Shown one piece after another: positions 28,837-38,377 of a stretch of DNA of 64,000 bases. A program made the translations under genes and the position numbers. Source of the DNA: a virus (lineage: Duplodnaviria; Caudoviricetes). A model generated the notes under the pieces. The model did not search any database. It was not told the origin of the DNA and saw only the letters and a program-made list of their open reading frames with translations. Where the stretch lies: positions 1 to 64,000 of IMG/VR virus record IMGVR_UViG_3300009095_000015; one strand, given 5' to 3'. The first letter of the stretch is position 1. Each line of letters begins with the position of its first letter.

Positions 28837-31647
28837 CTAAGGTGCTCTGTTAGTAAGGCTTATCGTAGGCTGTGTGACCATTTCAGCCCCATCAACCTTT
28901 GCCTTACCTTTCTTTTTCTTTTTAAATACGCCCCCGACTACAAGGCGCTTTCCGGGTTTCGCTTTATCGAAGCTTATGTAAGGCAAAGCGTCCCATCTTT
29001 CCGGGCTAGTTGCCCTGCTCAGACTTATCTGGACCTTCATAGGTTGTACACCATTGTCGTAAATGCGTTTGATTTTATCTCCAACGTCTCGCAGTTGTTG
29101 TAGGTAAGTATCGTAATCGGCTGCGCTAGAAACAAGAGCGGAACGAAGACTGGCATGGCGATCTACATACGGGACAACATCTTGATGCGGAGCGTATTTG
29201 GCAACAAATTCATCATACGTAGCAGTGCAGGCTTCCACCAGACGCTTGAGAAGCTCACGATCAAGTTCAAACTCGGCAACTAGCGGACGTAGCTTTTCGT
29301 AAAGATGTGTAGCTTGGTGCCATAATTCAGCCTTCTCTTTAGTGGTTTTTGGTTTATCCTGTTCAAGGCGCTTTAGACTCTTAGTCATGGTGGCAAGGAA
29401 GCGTTTCAGCTGTGACGCAGAGGTCAAATTCGATATGGCTTCCAGCAACATTACGGCCGTTGCGACTGATTTCTTTTGTTTTACGAAATCGATAACTTCA
29501 TCAAAATTGGATAAAGTCCCGCTGACGGTCATCCAACGCTGTACGCTTTCTATGGGAACGTACTGTAACAACTGCGGATCGAGGGACAGGTCAGCCTTCT
29601 TCTGCCCGGCACCTTGGAGCAAAGTAGGGTAGCTTAAACTACTAAGTTTAAAGTCCAGCCTGCCTTCACCGATAATCGTGTCTAAGTCTACCTTCTTAAA
29701 CTTGAATCTTTCCGAAAAATCGCCCTCGCCGTAAGCTTTACTGACAAGGTTAAAGGTCTGTGCCGCACCCTCAAAAATGCCCGACAGCTCGATAGGTTCG
29801 CCTTTATACGAAAGCAGAGCGTTGACCACGGAATCGTAACCAGACAAATCTAGCGTTTCGGGTACATTGGGATGCTCAAGCGCTGCACGTAAATCAAAAC
29901 GCAACGCCAGCTTAAAATCCACGCCCAAAAGAAGGGTAGGGTCTTCTTCGACTTCACGCAAACAGTCTCCCTTAACGTCGCGTGTTAGGTCTTCATCTTC
30001 AGTGATAATGTGCTCTACCGTTCTAATAAAGAAGGGACGGACGGCTTCTTTGTCCTCCCTATATACGCGACAAAGTGCACGAAAAGCGCGGCGCGTCAGG
30101 AATGGCCGCATGTTTATACCAACAGCATGGATAGAACTGGCCGGTTCTTGAAGGACGAGGCAGGCTGCGCCTTTGTTAACGGTAGGCGCTACGTTTCCGT
30201 AAAGGAACACGTAGTCTTTATTTTTAGGGAACTCGCTAACGATTCGCAGTGTTTTGTGCAGCCCGTGCATATACGCGAAGTTACCCCACAAAGCAGACCA
30301 GCGCAATGCTGACGCCATGGTATGCAGGACTGAACAAAGTGCCGGATATTCTCGGAATAGTTCTTTGTCATAAGTGAACATGGAGCCTGCTATAATTGCG
30401 GAAAAGCTGTGGCGCTTTTCTAGCCTAGAAACTCCCCGCCCGGTGTTAATGAACTTCTCTAGACGGCTGAACAGAATACGTTGGCCGAGTTCGCTAGAGT
30501 AGGACGCTTGTAGAAATGAGGCTAGATTGCTGGAGACTTCGGCCCGCTCCAGCATATCCGTTGCTTCCTTTTCCCCGTCTTTAAGCAATCCAGCAGCTCT
30601 AAATAGCTGTATAGCAATCGGGTGAGCATGCCCTTCAGGCGTAACCTCGTGGAATACTTGCATCAACTTTGGGGCAGCTCTAACTACGAGTTTCTCAAGC
30701 GCTTCGCGGGATTCGTCATCAATGAATTTCGTGCATTCGTACAATTCGTACAAAGCTTGAGTGTAGTTTCCGCTCTGTATGCAGTCCCGAACCCGGTTAA
30801 CTATAGGGTTGGCAGAGTGTACTTCATCGACAGGCTTATCAGCGCTTTCAATCTCATCAGCTCTCGAATAAGAGCCGCCTAGGCCGTCATTATAAACGCC
30901 GGGCGCCAGCTGAAAATCAGTGCCCTTAACGTGAGCGTTAAACTTGCGCAAAAACGAAGCGACTGTTACACGAAATCCGTGAACGGGGTTTCCATAGACG
31001 TTTGATTCCATGCGATACAGAACGTTAGAACGATCTTCATCCGAAATGAAAGGTTTCAACAGAACGCGGCACAGCGGATGCTCGATATTATCGTCAGTTT
31101 CGCGGATCGCGTAAGCAACCAGCGTACCGTAAGCAACGTCGCTCAATAAGGCGTGACTGCCAGAGCCGCCTGTGGTGCCGGCATACTTATCAGCCAGCCT
31201 CATGCAGCTTTGTTGGTCCCAATCCCTACCAGTGGACATTCCGATAATATCGTACGGGTGGCAGGAAATAACAATCCTGACGTTACCGGCGTTGCTATTC
31301 TGAAGCTGAGGGTCGTTATCGAATGCCATCTTCGCATGCACGTCATCAGCAATTATTTTACCGATGTTGTACACGTTCTTCTGTTCTTTGTCAGAAACTT
31401 TCACACATTTCTTAGCGCGGTAATCGGTTACGACAAATCCCTTTTCGTGCAGAGCGTGCTCGACGGCAGGAGGAACCGTAAAGCGTTTTGAGCTGTTGTT
31501 AACATCTAAGTAAAGGCGGTAGCCGAGCTTGCCTTTACCTTTCGGCATAAAACTCTGTAGGCGTTTTACAATGGGCGAATTTCTGTCCCAATTTTTCCTA
31601 TAGCGCAGTGCCGTACGCAGTCCGACGGCTGACAAAGACAGGTACAT
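28837..31647 (-). CDS. Paralogue family member 4 (HPYD-GMSTGR-WD-SC domain), putative internal head protein
   Basis: 936 aa; conserved ~250 aa N-terminal domain shared with three neighbours; leader MYLSLSA. Confidence 0.75.
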   Translation of the reverse strand: MYLSLSAVGLRTALRYRKNWDRNSPIVKRLQSFMPKGKGKLGYRLYLDVNNSSKRFTVPPAVEHALHEKGFVVTDYRAKKCVKVSDKEQKNVYNIGKIIADDVHAKMAFDNDPQLQNSNAGNVRIVISCHPYDIIGMSTGRDWDQQSCMRLADKYAGTTGGSGSHALLSDVAYGTLVAYAIRETDDNIEHPLCRVLLKPFISDEDRSNVLYRMESNVYGNPVHGFRVTVASFLRKFNAHVKGTDFQLAPGVYNDGLGGSYSRADEIESADKPVDEVHSANPIVNRVRDCIQSGNYTQALYELYECTKFIDDESREALEKLVVRAAPKLMQVFHEVTPEGHAHPIAIQLFRAAGLLKDGEKEATDMLERAEVSSNLASFLQASYSSELGQRILFSRLEKFINTGRGVSRLEKRHSFSAIIAGSMFTYDKELFREYPALCSVLHTMASALRWSALWGNFAYMHGLHKTLRIVSEFPKNKDYVFLYGNVAPTVNKGAACLVLQEPASSIHAVGINMRPFLTRRAFRALCRVYREDKEAVRPFFIRTVEHIITEDEDLTRDVKGDCLREVEEDPTLLLGVDFKLALRFDLRAALEHPNVPETLDLSGYDSVVNALLSYKGEPIELSGIFEGAAQTFNLVSKAYGEGDFSERFKFKKVDLDTIIGEGRLDFKLSSLSYPTLLQGAGQKKADLSLDPQLLQYVPIESVQRWMTVSGTLSNFDEVIDFVKQKKSVATAVMLLEAISNLTSASQLKRFLATMTKSLKRLEQDKPKTTKEKAELWHQATHLYEKLRPLVAEFELDRELLKRLVEACTATYDEFVAKYAPHQDVVPYVDRHASLRSALVSSAADYDTYLQQLRDVGDKIKRIYDNGVQPMKVQISLSRATSPERWDALPYISFDKAKPGKRLVVGGVFKKKKKGKAKVDGAEMVTQPTISLTNRAP

Positions 31648-31649
31648 GC

Positions 31650-33461
31650 TTATCTCCGATTCAGCAGTTTGGTTAAACGTTCATCCGGCTGCTTAGCGTT
31701 CAATTCCGTCAACATTTTGAAAAGCTGCGGGCGGCGTCCGAACCACGATACGCCAAGATCGTAGTTCTGACTATGGTGGAAATGCGCCCAGCGTATTACG
31801 GCTTTGTTGATATCATCTACATTCATGTCGAGTAAAACACGAATAGTTTTGTCGCTCAGGCTATGCCCGGATTGAGCCACGTCTTCAGGGGAAACGCGGG
31901 CGTAATCTGGAGCAAGTTCCAGCAGCGTAGCGGAAGGCGAAACGTGAGAAGCTACGAATTTACGCACAGTGTTCTGCCAGTTCAAGGTTTCCATCAAGTC
32001 CAACAGTTCGGAATCTAAACGGAACGGCCCCGTCCTTTTGGCAAACTCGCGCACGTTCTTTATGTCAACGTTCGACGAAATGTCTTCGTTTTTCAGCGAA
32101 GCTATCAAGTTGCAAATAAAGCCAACCCAACGTTTTATCAGTTGTGCTCCTTCATATTTACTGTCTTGAAGTTCACGAGTCCACTTAAACGTACCGCGCA
32201 CGAATCGCAATACAACCATGTGCAGGTCCATGCGCTGCGCGACAGTCAGTTTTTCAATGTTCGCTATCCAACGAGAATCGTATTCGCCAGCACCATTCAG
32301 GATGAATTCGACGCTCACTGGAGCATCACTACCTAAATAGTCGTATGCCATGGCTGCTGCGTCTTTAAGAATCCGGCTTTTTGTCAAAAGCATTTTGGCA
32401 CGGCGTGACGCACCGACCAACCAAGGGACAACTTCGTCCGAGTAAAAGTCGCCATACGCGTCAACGTATTCATCGTAGGCTTTTGCAACCTGACTGACAG
32501 GCAGTACAGTTGTAGCACCGGCCAAAACATCGAACAAAGAGTAGCCATCCACTGCGGATTCGATCAACAGCGGCAACCAGCGTTTGTCGTCGCGCAGCCA
32601 AGTGCGTACGCCGCCAGTTTTGTGCAGGTAATATTTGATGAATTGCTTCTTTTCGCTATCCGAGAGGGAATCGAATCGCGCCACCATTAGAACACGAGAT
32701 TCATCGCCGCCATCCATGTGCACTTCGTCGGACAATTTGTACATGCCAGACGCAGCCTGCTTGTTAACGCGTTTTAGCCACTGATCGACTGTGCGCTGGA
32801 AACCGGGAATTGGCTGGCCGTATACGTTCGGGTCTGCCTTGAAATAAACGTGTTTGTCATCACCTTCTTTTTTGAAGGGTTTGATGAGAAGGCGTGCGTG
32901 TGGTTTGTTGATGTTGGTATCGCTAGGACTGATCACGTAGGCAACAAGCGTGCCTTCAGCTACAGTACCGGCCATATATTCAGAGCGCATTCCGGCATCA
33001 TTTTTGTTATCCGGTGTTGCTAACCGTAAACAAGATGTAAAATCCCAGCGGCGCCCTGTACTCATACCGACAACATCATAAGGGTGGGCACTAATTACGA
33101 CCGTATATTCGCCCTTGTGTGCGCTGCGCTGCGGATCGTGGGAGAATAGTTTAAGCGCGTTTTCGTCTTTCAACAATTTGCCGATGCGAATCTGGCGCTT
33201 TCTGTCTTTCGTTACAGCGATACCGTTGACGTAGTTTTCGATTTCATACCCGGCGGACTTTACAGCAGAGCTGACCTCAGCTGGAATGACAATGCGATCA
33301 TTCTTGTTACGCTTAATGGGCAGATATAGTCTGTACCCACGGCTTCCCTTCGGGAGAAATTTGCGGATTACCTGCACGCCCACGCCCTTTTTATCCCAGT
33401 CTTTTACGAACGGGCGGGCCACGCTCAGGGGTACGGCAGCTAGCGCGATATTTACTTTCAT
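31650..33461 (-). CDS. Paralogue family member 3, putative internal head protein
   Basis: 603 aa; SAHPYDVVGMSTGRRWDFTSCLRL; leader MKVNIALA. Confidence 0.75.
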   Translation of the reverse strand: MKVNIALAAVPLSVARPFVKDWDKKGVGVQVIRKFLPKGSRGYRLYLPIKRNKNDRIVIPAEVSSAVKSAGYEIENYVNGIAVTKDRKRQIRIGKLLKDENALKLFSHDPQRSAHKGEYTVVISAHPYDVVGMSTGRRWDFTSCLRLATPDNKNDAGMRSEYMAGTVAEGTLVAYVISPSDTNINKPHARLLIKPFKKEGDDKHVYFKADPNVYGQPIPGFQRTVDQWLKRVNKQAASGMYKLSDEVHMDGGDESRVLMVARFDSLSDSEKKQFIKYYLHKTGGVRTWLRDDKRWLPLLIESAVDGYSLFDVLAGATTVLPVSQVAKAYDEYVDAYGDFYSDEVVPWLVGASRRAKMLLTKSRILKDAAAMAYDYLGSDAPVSVEFILNGAGEYDSRWIANIEKLTVAQRMDLHMVVLRFVRGTFKWTRELQDSKYEGAQLIKRWVGFICNLIASLKNEDISSNVDIKNVREFAKRTGPFRLDSELLDLMETLNWQNTVRKFVASHVSPSATLLELAPDYARVSPEDVAQSGHSLSDKTIRVLLDMNVDDINKAVIRWAHFHHSQNYDLGVSWFGRRPQLFKMLTELNAKQPDERLTKLLNRR

Positions 33462-33515
33462 GTAGGAAGTTCCTAGTTACGTGCCTGCTTTCACAAGCAC
33501 GTAATACCATCAGGT

Positions 33516-36188
33516 TTAAGGGGCTGGCTTTTCTTCATAGATGATTTTATCAAGCGTACGTTTGAACATACGCATTGTGCGATTAACATCATCCATCACA
33601 CCATGAGCCAAGTCGCATGCTTCCGAAACCAGAATGTCAAACAAATTGAGATTATTCTCGATTTCTTCGCGAGGGTAGCCACTAAAGAACTCTGCCCACG
33701 CGTCGGCAAACTCGGCATCGTCTCTTTTTGCCCTAGGAAAAGTGAAAACGAAATCTTCAATTCTCTTTGCGTACTCGGGGAGAAAATCAAGGATGTGTTG
33801 AGCCTCTTCAGGTGTGCGATCACGAAGCCATGCAAATTCTCCACCCGCGTTAGTATAGTCAAGGTGTGGTACACCGTACGAGTTAAGAACAGCATCGAAA
33901 TCGGAAGCCGCATTTAACATATAACGCAGAGAATTCAGCAGGGATCGCAAAGGCAAACCCCGTTCAAATATATCCAGATACGATGCGCCTAGATCGTTGC
34001 CAATGAAAATGTAGGCGGGCACGGACGAAGCTGAACTGACAGTCAACAACTGAGGGTGGCGTTTCAGGTCAATGTACAAGCCTCGCGGGATGCCTACCTT
34101 AGCCATAACGTCAACGATCTTTTCGTTAAACTCGCCAATAGGCGGCGGGTTTTGATTGGTTACGTGGAGACACGTATAAAGAGTATCGAAAATTCGCTTT
34201 TGATGCTCGTTACGTGGCTTCACATTTGGATGCAGGTTTGCGGTCTGGCCGTATTGCGAGCGTATGTCGGTAAAAATGCGTACCAGTTCCTCTTCGGATT
34301 CCGCATCGTATGCTTCGTACCACACATAGGGAAACAAGTCAGAGTTACCAGCGACGTTGCGGTTCCACACGTTGACAACGCCCAAATTGTGGCCGTGTTC
34401 TTTAAGATGCGCGAAAAGCTCGCGCAGATTCTCTACGTGAAGCTGGTATGTATTTTCGATAAACTGACTGATCTTGCGAGAGAGTGCAGTTTGAATCGCC
34501 TTGTTATTGATCTTGTAAAGACGCTTGCGGCTACGGCGATTCAACATGGCACGAACACTAACATCAAATGTCATTCCCTCTAGGACAGCATAAGCGCGCT
34601 CAAAGTCGCCAGCTTCAGCACAACGTAATGCGTAACAAAGGCCGATAAATTCCGAGCCTTTATCTCTGTTGATGGATTGGTGTTCGTTAAATGCTTCAAA
34701 TTCTGCTTCGGTCAACTCAGTTGAAACCGCCGGGAAGCTAGCCAATACGGCTTCGGCTCTGTTCAGGTGTGCAGAGGCCCCGAACATCGCAGATTCACGA
34801 AGCAATTCCGCACACAGGTAGACAAATTTATGCAGCTCTGGATCGCGGATAACAACGTCGCGCGGAACGTCGCGAGTTCCTGTAACGCAGCTGTAAGCAA
34901 CATCCATATATGCGTTTTTGCCTATGCTGTGGCTGAGAACTTGCTTCACTTCATCGCGTGCTGCTTTTGGGGACAGCTGCCCGTACCGAAACAAGCGCGT
35001 TCGCACATTATAGTCGTCGGCGAAGATAATCTTGTCCATTCCTGCATAAATGGCATCGGCTTCTGCGTTAACAATCTTTTTGAAAGCCTTGTTAGCCATC
35101 ATCGATAAGAAACCATCTATGACGGCAGCGTTAGTGTCCATTATGTAGGCCACGTAAGACTCGATAGTATCGCGGTGCGCTCTGGCAAAAATATCGGCCG
35201 CCTGCTTGGCGTAACGTACAGGCACGCTTGCTTTATCGATCATATACGCAACCATAGCTACAGGCATGTGCGGACCGCTATCGTTCGCACGGCTGTGTCG
35301 AATAGCGTATTCAGCATACGAAGGTAAGAGACGCGGGTTTTCCCTAAGAATGTTTTGAGCATCATTGGCTCTCCAATCAATAGAGCCTTGAGAATCTGAA
35401 CGATGCAGGTCTGTACCGCCCACGCCATCATTGTAGAGATTCGGATTTAGCTTGTAGATGCCTTCTGGAATACCTGCGTTTAGTTTACGCAGAAACTTGT
35501 TGATAGCTTCGGCCATTCCGGGGACAGGGTTGCCGTAAATGCGAGTCTCTCGTCTGTATTTAATGGCATCGCCACCATCTTGCAGGAAAGGCTTCAGCAG
35601 GCAGCGCCCGAGAGGATTTTTAATATCCATGTCATCGGAGCGTACCGCGTACGCAACCAACGTACCTTCGGCAACGTCACGCTCAAGAAAGTGGGTGTTT
35701 ATACCCTCTATGTGATTATCGCGAAAATCCTTCAGACGCATGCAACTCGTATCATCCCAATCCCGCCCGGTAGACATTCCGATGATATCGTACGGGTGGC
35801 AGGAAACCACCAAAGTAAATTCGGAGGTTTTCGAGTTTTGCAGTTGCGGGTCGTTGTCGAAGGCAGCTTTCGCAACAGGATCGTGAGCGATAACTTTGCC
35901 GATATTGAATTCGTTTTTCTGATCTTTGTCCTTGATCTTTACGCACTTCTTAGCGCGATAATCAGTGATCTTGAAGCCGGCTTTACGCACGGCCTGCCGA
36001 ACAGAGACGGGAGGCACAACGTGCGGTGTAGTGTCGCTGCCGATTGGGATATACAAGCGATACCCGGCAGAGCTGCGAGGCATGAATTTACGCAGCAGCT
36101 GAACGGTGGGTCCGTTCTTGTTCCAATTCCTGCGATATTTCAAGGCCGACCGGAGAGATACAGCAGCGAGCGCTACATTGATTTTCAT
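33516..36188 (-). CDS. Paralogue family member 2, putative internal head protein
   Basis: 890 aa; SCHPYDIIGMSTGRDWDDTSCMRL; leader MKINVALA. Confidence 0.75.
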   Translation of the reverse strand: MKINVALAAVSLRSALKYRRNWNKNGPTVQLLRKFMPRSSAGYRLYIPIGSDTTPHVVPPVSVRQAVRKAGFKITDYRAKKCVKIKDKDQKNEFNIGKVIAHDPVAKAAFDNDPQLQNSKTSEFTLVVSCHPYDIIGMSTGRDWDDTSCMRLKDFRDNHIEGINTHFLERDVAEGTLVAYAVRSDDMDIKNPLGRCLLKPFLQDGGDAIKYRRETRIYGNPVPGMAEAINKFLRKLNAGIPEGIYKLNPNLYNDGVGGTDLHRSDSQGSIDWRANDAQNILRENPRLLPSYAEYAIRHSRANDSGPHMPVAMVAYMIDKASVPVRYAKQAADIFARAHRDTIESYVAYIMDTNAAVIDGFLSMMANKAFKKIVNAEADAIYAGMDKIIFADDYNVRTRLFRYGQLSPKAARDEVKQVLSHSIGKNAYMDVAYSCVTGTRDVPRDVVIRDPELHKFVYLCAELLRESAMFGASAHLNRAEAVLASFPAVSTELTEAEFEAFNEHQSINRDKGSEFIGLCYALRCAEAGDFERAYAVLEGMTFDVSVRAMLNRRSRKRLYKINNKAIQTALSRKISQFIENTYQLHVENLRELFAHLKEHGHNLGVVNVWNRNVAGNSDLFPYVWYEAYDAESEEELVRIFTDIRSQYGQTANLHPNVKPRNEHQKRIFDTLYTCLHVTNQNPPPIGEFNEKIVDVMAKVGIPRGLYIDLKRHPQLLTVSSASSVPAYIFIGNDLGASYLDIFERGLPLRSLLNSLRYMLNAASDFDAVLNSYGVPHLDYTNAGGEFAWLRDRTPEEAQHILDFLPEYAKRIEDFVFTFPRAKRDDAEFADAWAEFFSGYPREEIENNLNLFDILVSEACDLAHGVMDDVNRTMRMFKRTLDKIIYEEKPAP

Positions 36189-36190
36189 TT

Positions 36191-37423
36191 CTATTCCTTA
36201 CCGTCCGTTTTGCGGATGATTTCGCGAACCTTAAATGCCAATTCTTCGACATTCAGAGAATGCTTGCGCATGTAGTCTTGAATGCGCGCGGCCATCTGTT
36301 TTTCTTTTCCACGGGCGTGGCTGGCGTTATGTAGCAATGAAGACATTTGGTGTTTCATGTCAGTCGCGTACATTTTGTAGCCGAAACTGTTGCGAACGTA
36401 GTCGTACTCTTCGCGGATCGGAGCCTTACCTGAATACAGAGTATCGACAATAAACTTGGCGTCGGAATACTTCCCGCGCAAGTGCATGCGTCCCCGGAAA
36501 CTCTGGCTGCTTAACTCGTCTTCGGTCAGCTTACGGGTCAACACGCTAACCGGCTTCCCGCCGTAATTCAAGGACGACAAAGGCATGGCTTTGCGCGAAT
36601 CGAGCATGCGGTATGCTTTGGTGTCCGCGTAAAGATGGACTTTAATACGCAACTTAACCAACTTGATGATTAAAGCGCGCATGCGGCGACCATCACGTTC
36701 TCCGTCAAAATGGGAAACGTCGATATGGACAGCACGTATCATCTTTAAAACGTTTTTCACCGAAGGCTTCTTGTAATAGTATCGGTCTTCCTGCTCGTTG
36801 TGCTTGTGGATAGCGTCCGCGCCCCAGTAATTCACGGCCTCTCGCGGCATAATAGCGTGTAGTTTTGAAGCATCAAATTCGATGACTGCGTTATAGTGAG
36901 CGTGAGGTTGGAATTTGCCACGGCGCACGCTAAGGAAATAATCGTGCTTTGAAAATGGCTGCTCCGCTTCTTTGCCAGCCACCTGAGACAATACCAGAGA
37001 ATTACTCTCGACGATTCCGAACAGGCCGGCTAAGCTAGTGCCGTGGAAGGCTTTGGCGTTGGAAGCTAGGGCAAACAGTTTAGAAATAGCATCGCACTTC
37101 ACGGAAGACGCAACGGCCAGTTTCCGATTACGTTCAATCTCGGCGCTGAGTTCTTCGGCGTCGGTAATAAACGTAGAATCCACGTCCTTCACAGTTATAG
37201 CATCGTAGAAGTATGGTGCTGAATCAGCTTCCATTACTTCCATTGCCAGATCGTAAGTCACTTTGGATTGCGTAAAACGAACACCGGTAACACGCGCACG
37301 GTGTCCATAATTGATCAGATCGGACACATGCTTGAGGTAAACGTGGTTCGGATGGAAGTAAACAATGGAACCGATTGCGAAGCGCCCTTCGGCAGGAGCC
37401 TCTAGAGAAACAGGGTAAAGCAT
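36191..37423 (-). CDS. Two-domain protein: small N-terminal beta domain plus ART-fold-like domain
   Basis: C-terminal domain paralogous to 37496-38377 (FHG...FLS.R...D.SKL...YW...EQEDR). Confidence 0.6.
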   Translation of the reverse strand: MLYPVSLEAPAEGRFAIGSIVYFHPNHVYLKHVSDLINYGHRARVTGVRFTQSKVTYDLAMEVMEADSAPYFYDAITVKDVDSTFITDAEELSAEIERNRKLAVASSVKCDAISKLFALASNAKAFHGTSLAGLFGIVESNSLVLSQVAGKEAEQPFSKHDYFLSVRRGKFQPHAHYNAVIEFDASKLHAIMPREAVNYWGADAIHKHNEQEDRYYYKKPSVKNVLKMIRAVHIDVSHFDGERDGRRMRALIIKLVKLRIKVHLYADTKAYRMLDSRKAMPLSSLNYGGKPVSVLTRKLTEDELSSQSFRGRMHLRGKYSDAKFIVDTLYSGKAPIREEYDYVRNSFGYKMYATDMKHQMSSLLHNASHARGKEKQMAARIQDYMRKHSLNVEELAFKVREIIRKTDGKE

Positions 37424-37480
37424 GCTGGAAACTCCACGAAATGGAAAAGGTGCGTGAAATTAATCGACGCACCGCCTTGT

Positions 37481-37492
37481 GTTTAAATTACC
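37481..37492 (-). promoter_or_regulatory. Candidate late-promoter motif GGTAATTTAAAC
   Basis: Intergenic recurrent motif. Confidence 0.45.
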
Positions 37493-37495
37493 GGA

Positions 37496-38377
37496 TTATT
37501 TCCACTTGGCACTGAGAAATTCAGATAACTGTTCGACGCTCATGCGATTCTTGCGCAGATACAAGTTGATCTTGTTGGCGTACTTCGCGGCCAATTCAGT
37601 TTTCGCGCTATTGATCATATTACGTAGCGTTGTAGCAGAAACTCCGTAGCGCAGGTGATCAACCATTTCTCTGCGGGCGGCCTTCTGTTTGGACGATTTT
37701 GCCCCTTCCAGCAGGGTGGCATAAACAGATGGCCTGCCGTTTTCGATAACAGGATGCTTTTTAAAATCCGTACGAATAGCCTTCCACAACGCCTCCAAGG
37801 CATAGGCCGGGGATTCGTAACCCGGAAGAGCCGATCCGAGTTTCCGAGTCTCCTTTGAAAGCTGTAACGGAATAGCTTTGCGTTTATCGAGAGTGACCAT
37901 CACACGGGGATTCTCGTACTGAAAACACGGAATACCGTTACGTTTGCAAACCGCAACAATGTCCAAAGTATTGTAACCAGACCAATTATCGCTCCCTGCG
38001 AAGTGCACCTCTTTCAGATAGCGCAAAAGAGGAATAAGGGGCTTGTTGGCGAATAGCCGATCCTCAGCCTCATCGTCGGTGTTATAAGAACTGTCATGCC
38101 AGTAGTCAATAGACTCGATTTTGTAATTATGCCCGAGCTTGGAGCCGTCGAGTACAAACACGACTTTGTTGCCGTGTGTATTGTTACGGATATAATCGCT
38201 GAGTTTTGTTCGAGCAAGACTCAGGAAGAATGCACCTGCTCCAAGGCTAGCTTCGAATTTACTGGCTTCCATGGGGGCCAAGCGTAGACGATCCCGCTGT
38301 AGTGCCGTCACTGCGTGTTTCATGTCGATCAAGTGATACAAGATCGGTGTAGCCGCCAGAGCGATATTTACTTTCAT
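37496..38377 (-). CDS. ART-fold-like protein with MKVNIALA leader
   Basis: LYH...FLS.AR...DGSKL...DYW...EAEDR. Confidence 0.6.
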   Translation of the reverse strand: MKVNIALAATPILYHLIDMKHAVTALQRDRLRLAPMEASKFEASLGAGAFFLSLARTKLSDYIRNNTHGNKVVFVLDGSKLGHNYKIESIDYWHDSSYNTDDEAEDRLFANKPLIPLLRYLKEVHFAGSDNWSGYNTLDIVAVCKRNGIPCFQYENPRVMVTLDKRKAIPLQLSKETRKLGSALPGYESPAYALEALWKAIRTDFKKHPVIENGRPSVYATLLEGAKSSKQKAARREMVDHLRYGVSATTLRNMINSAKTELAAKYANKINLYLRKNRMSVEQLSEFLSAKWK

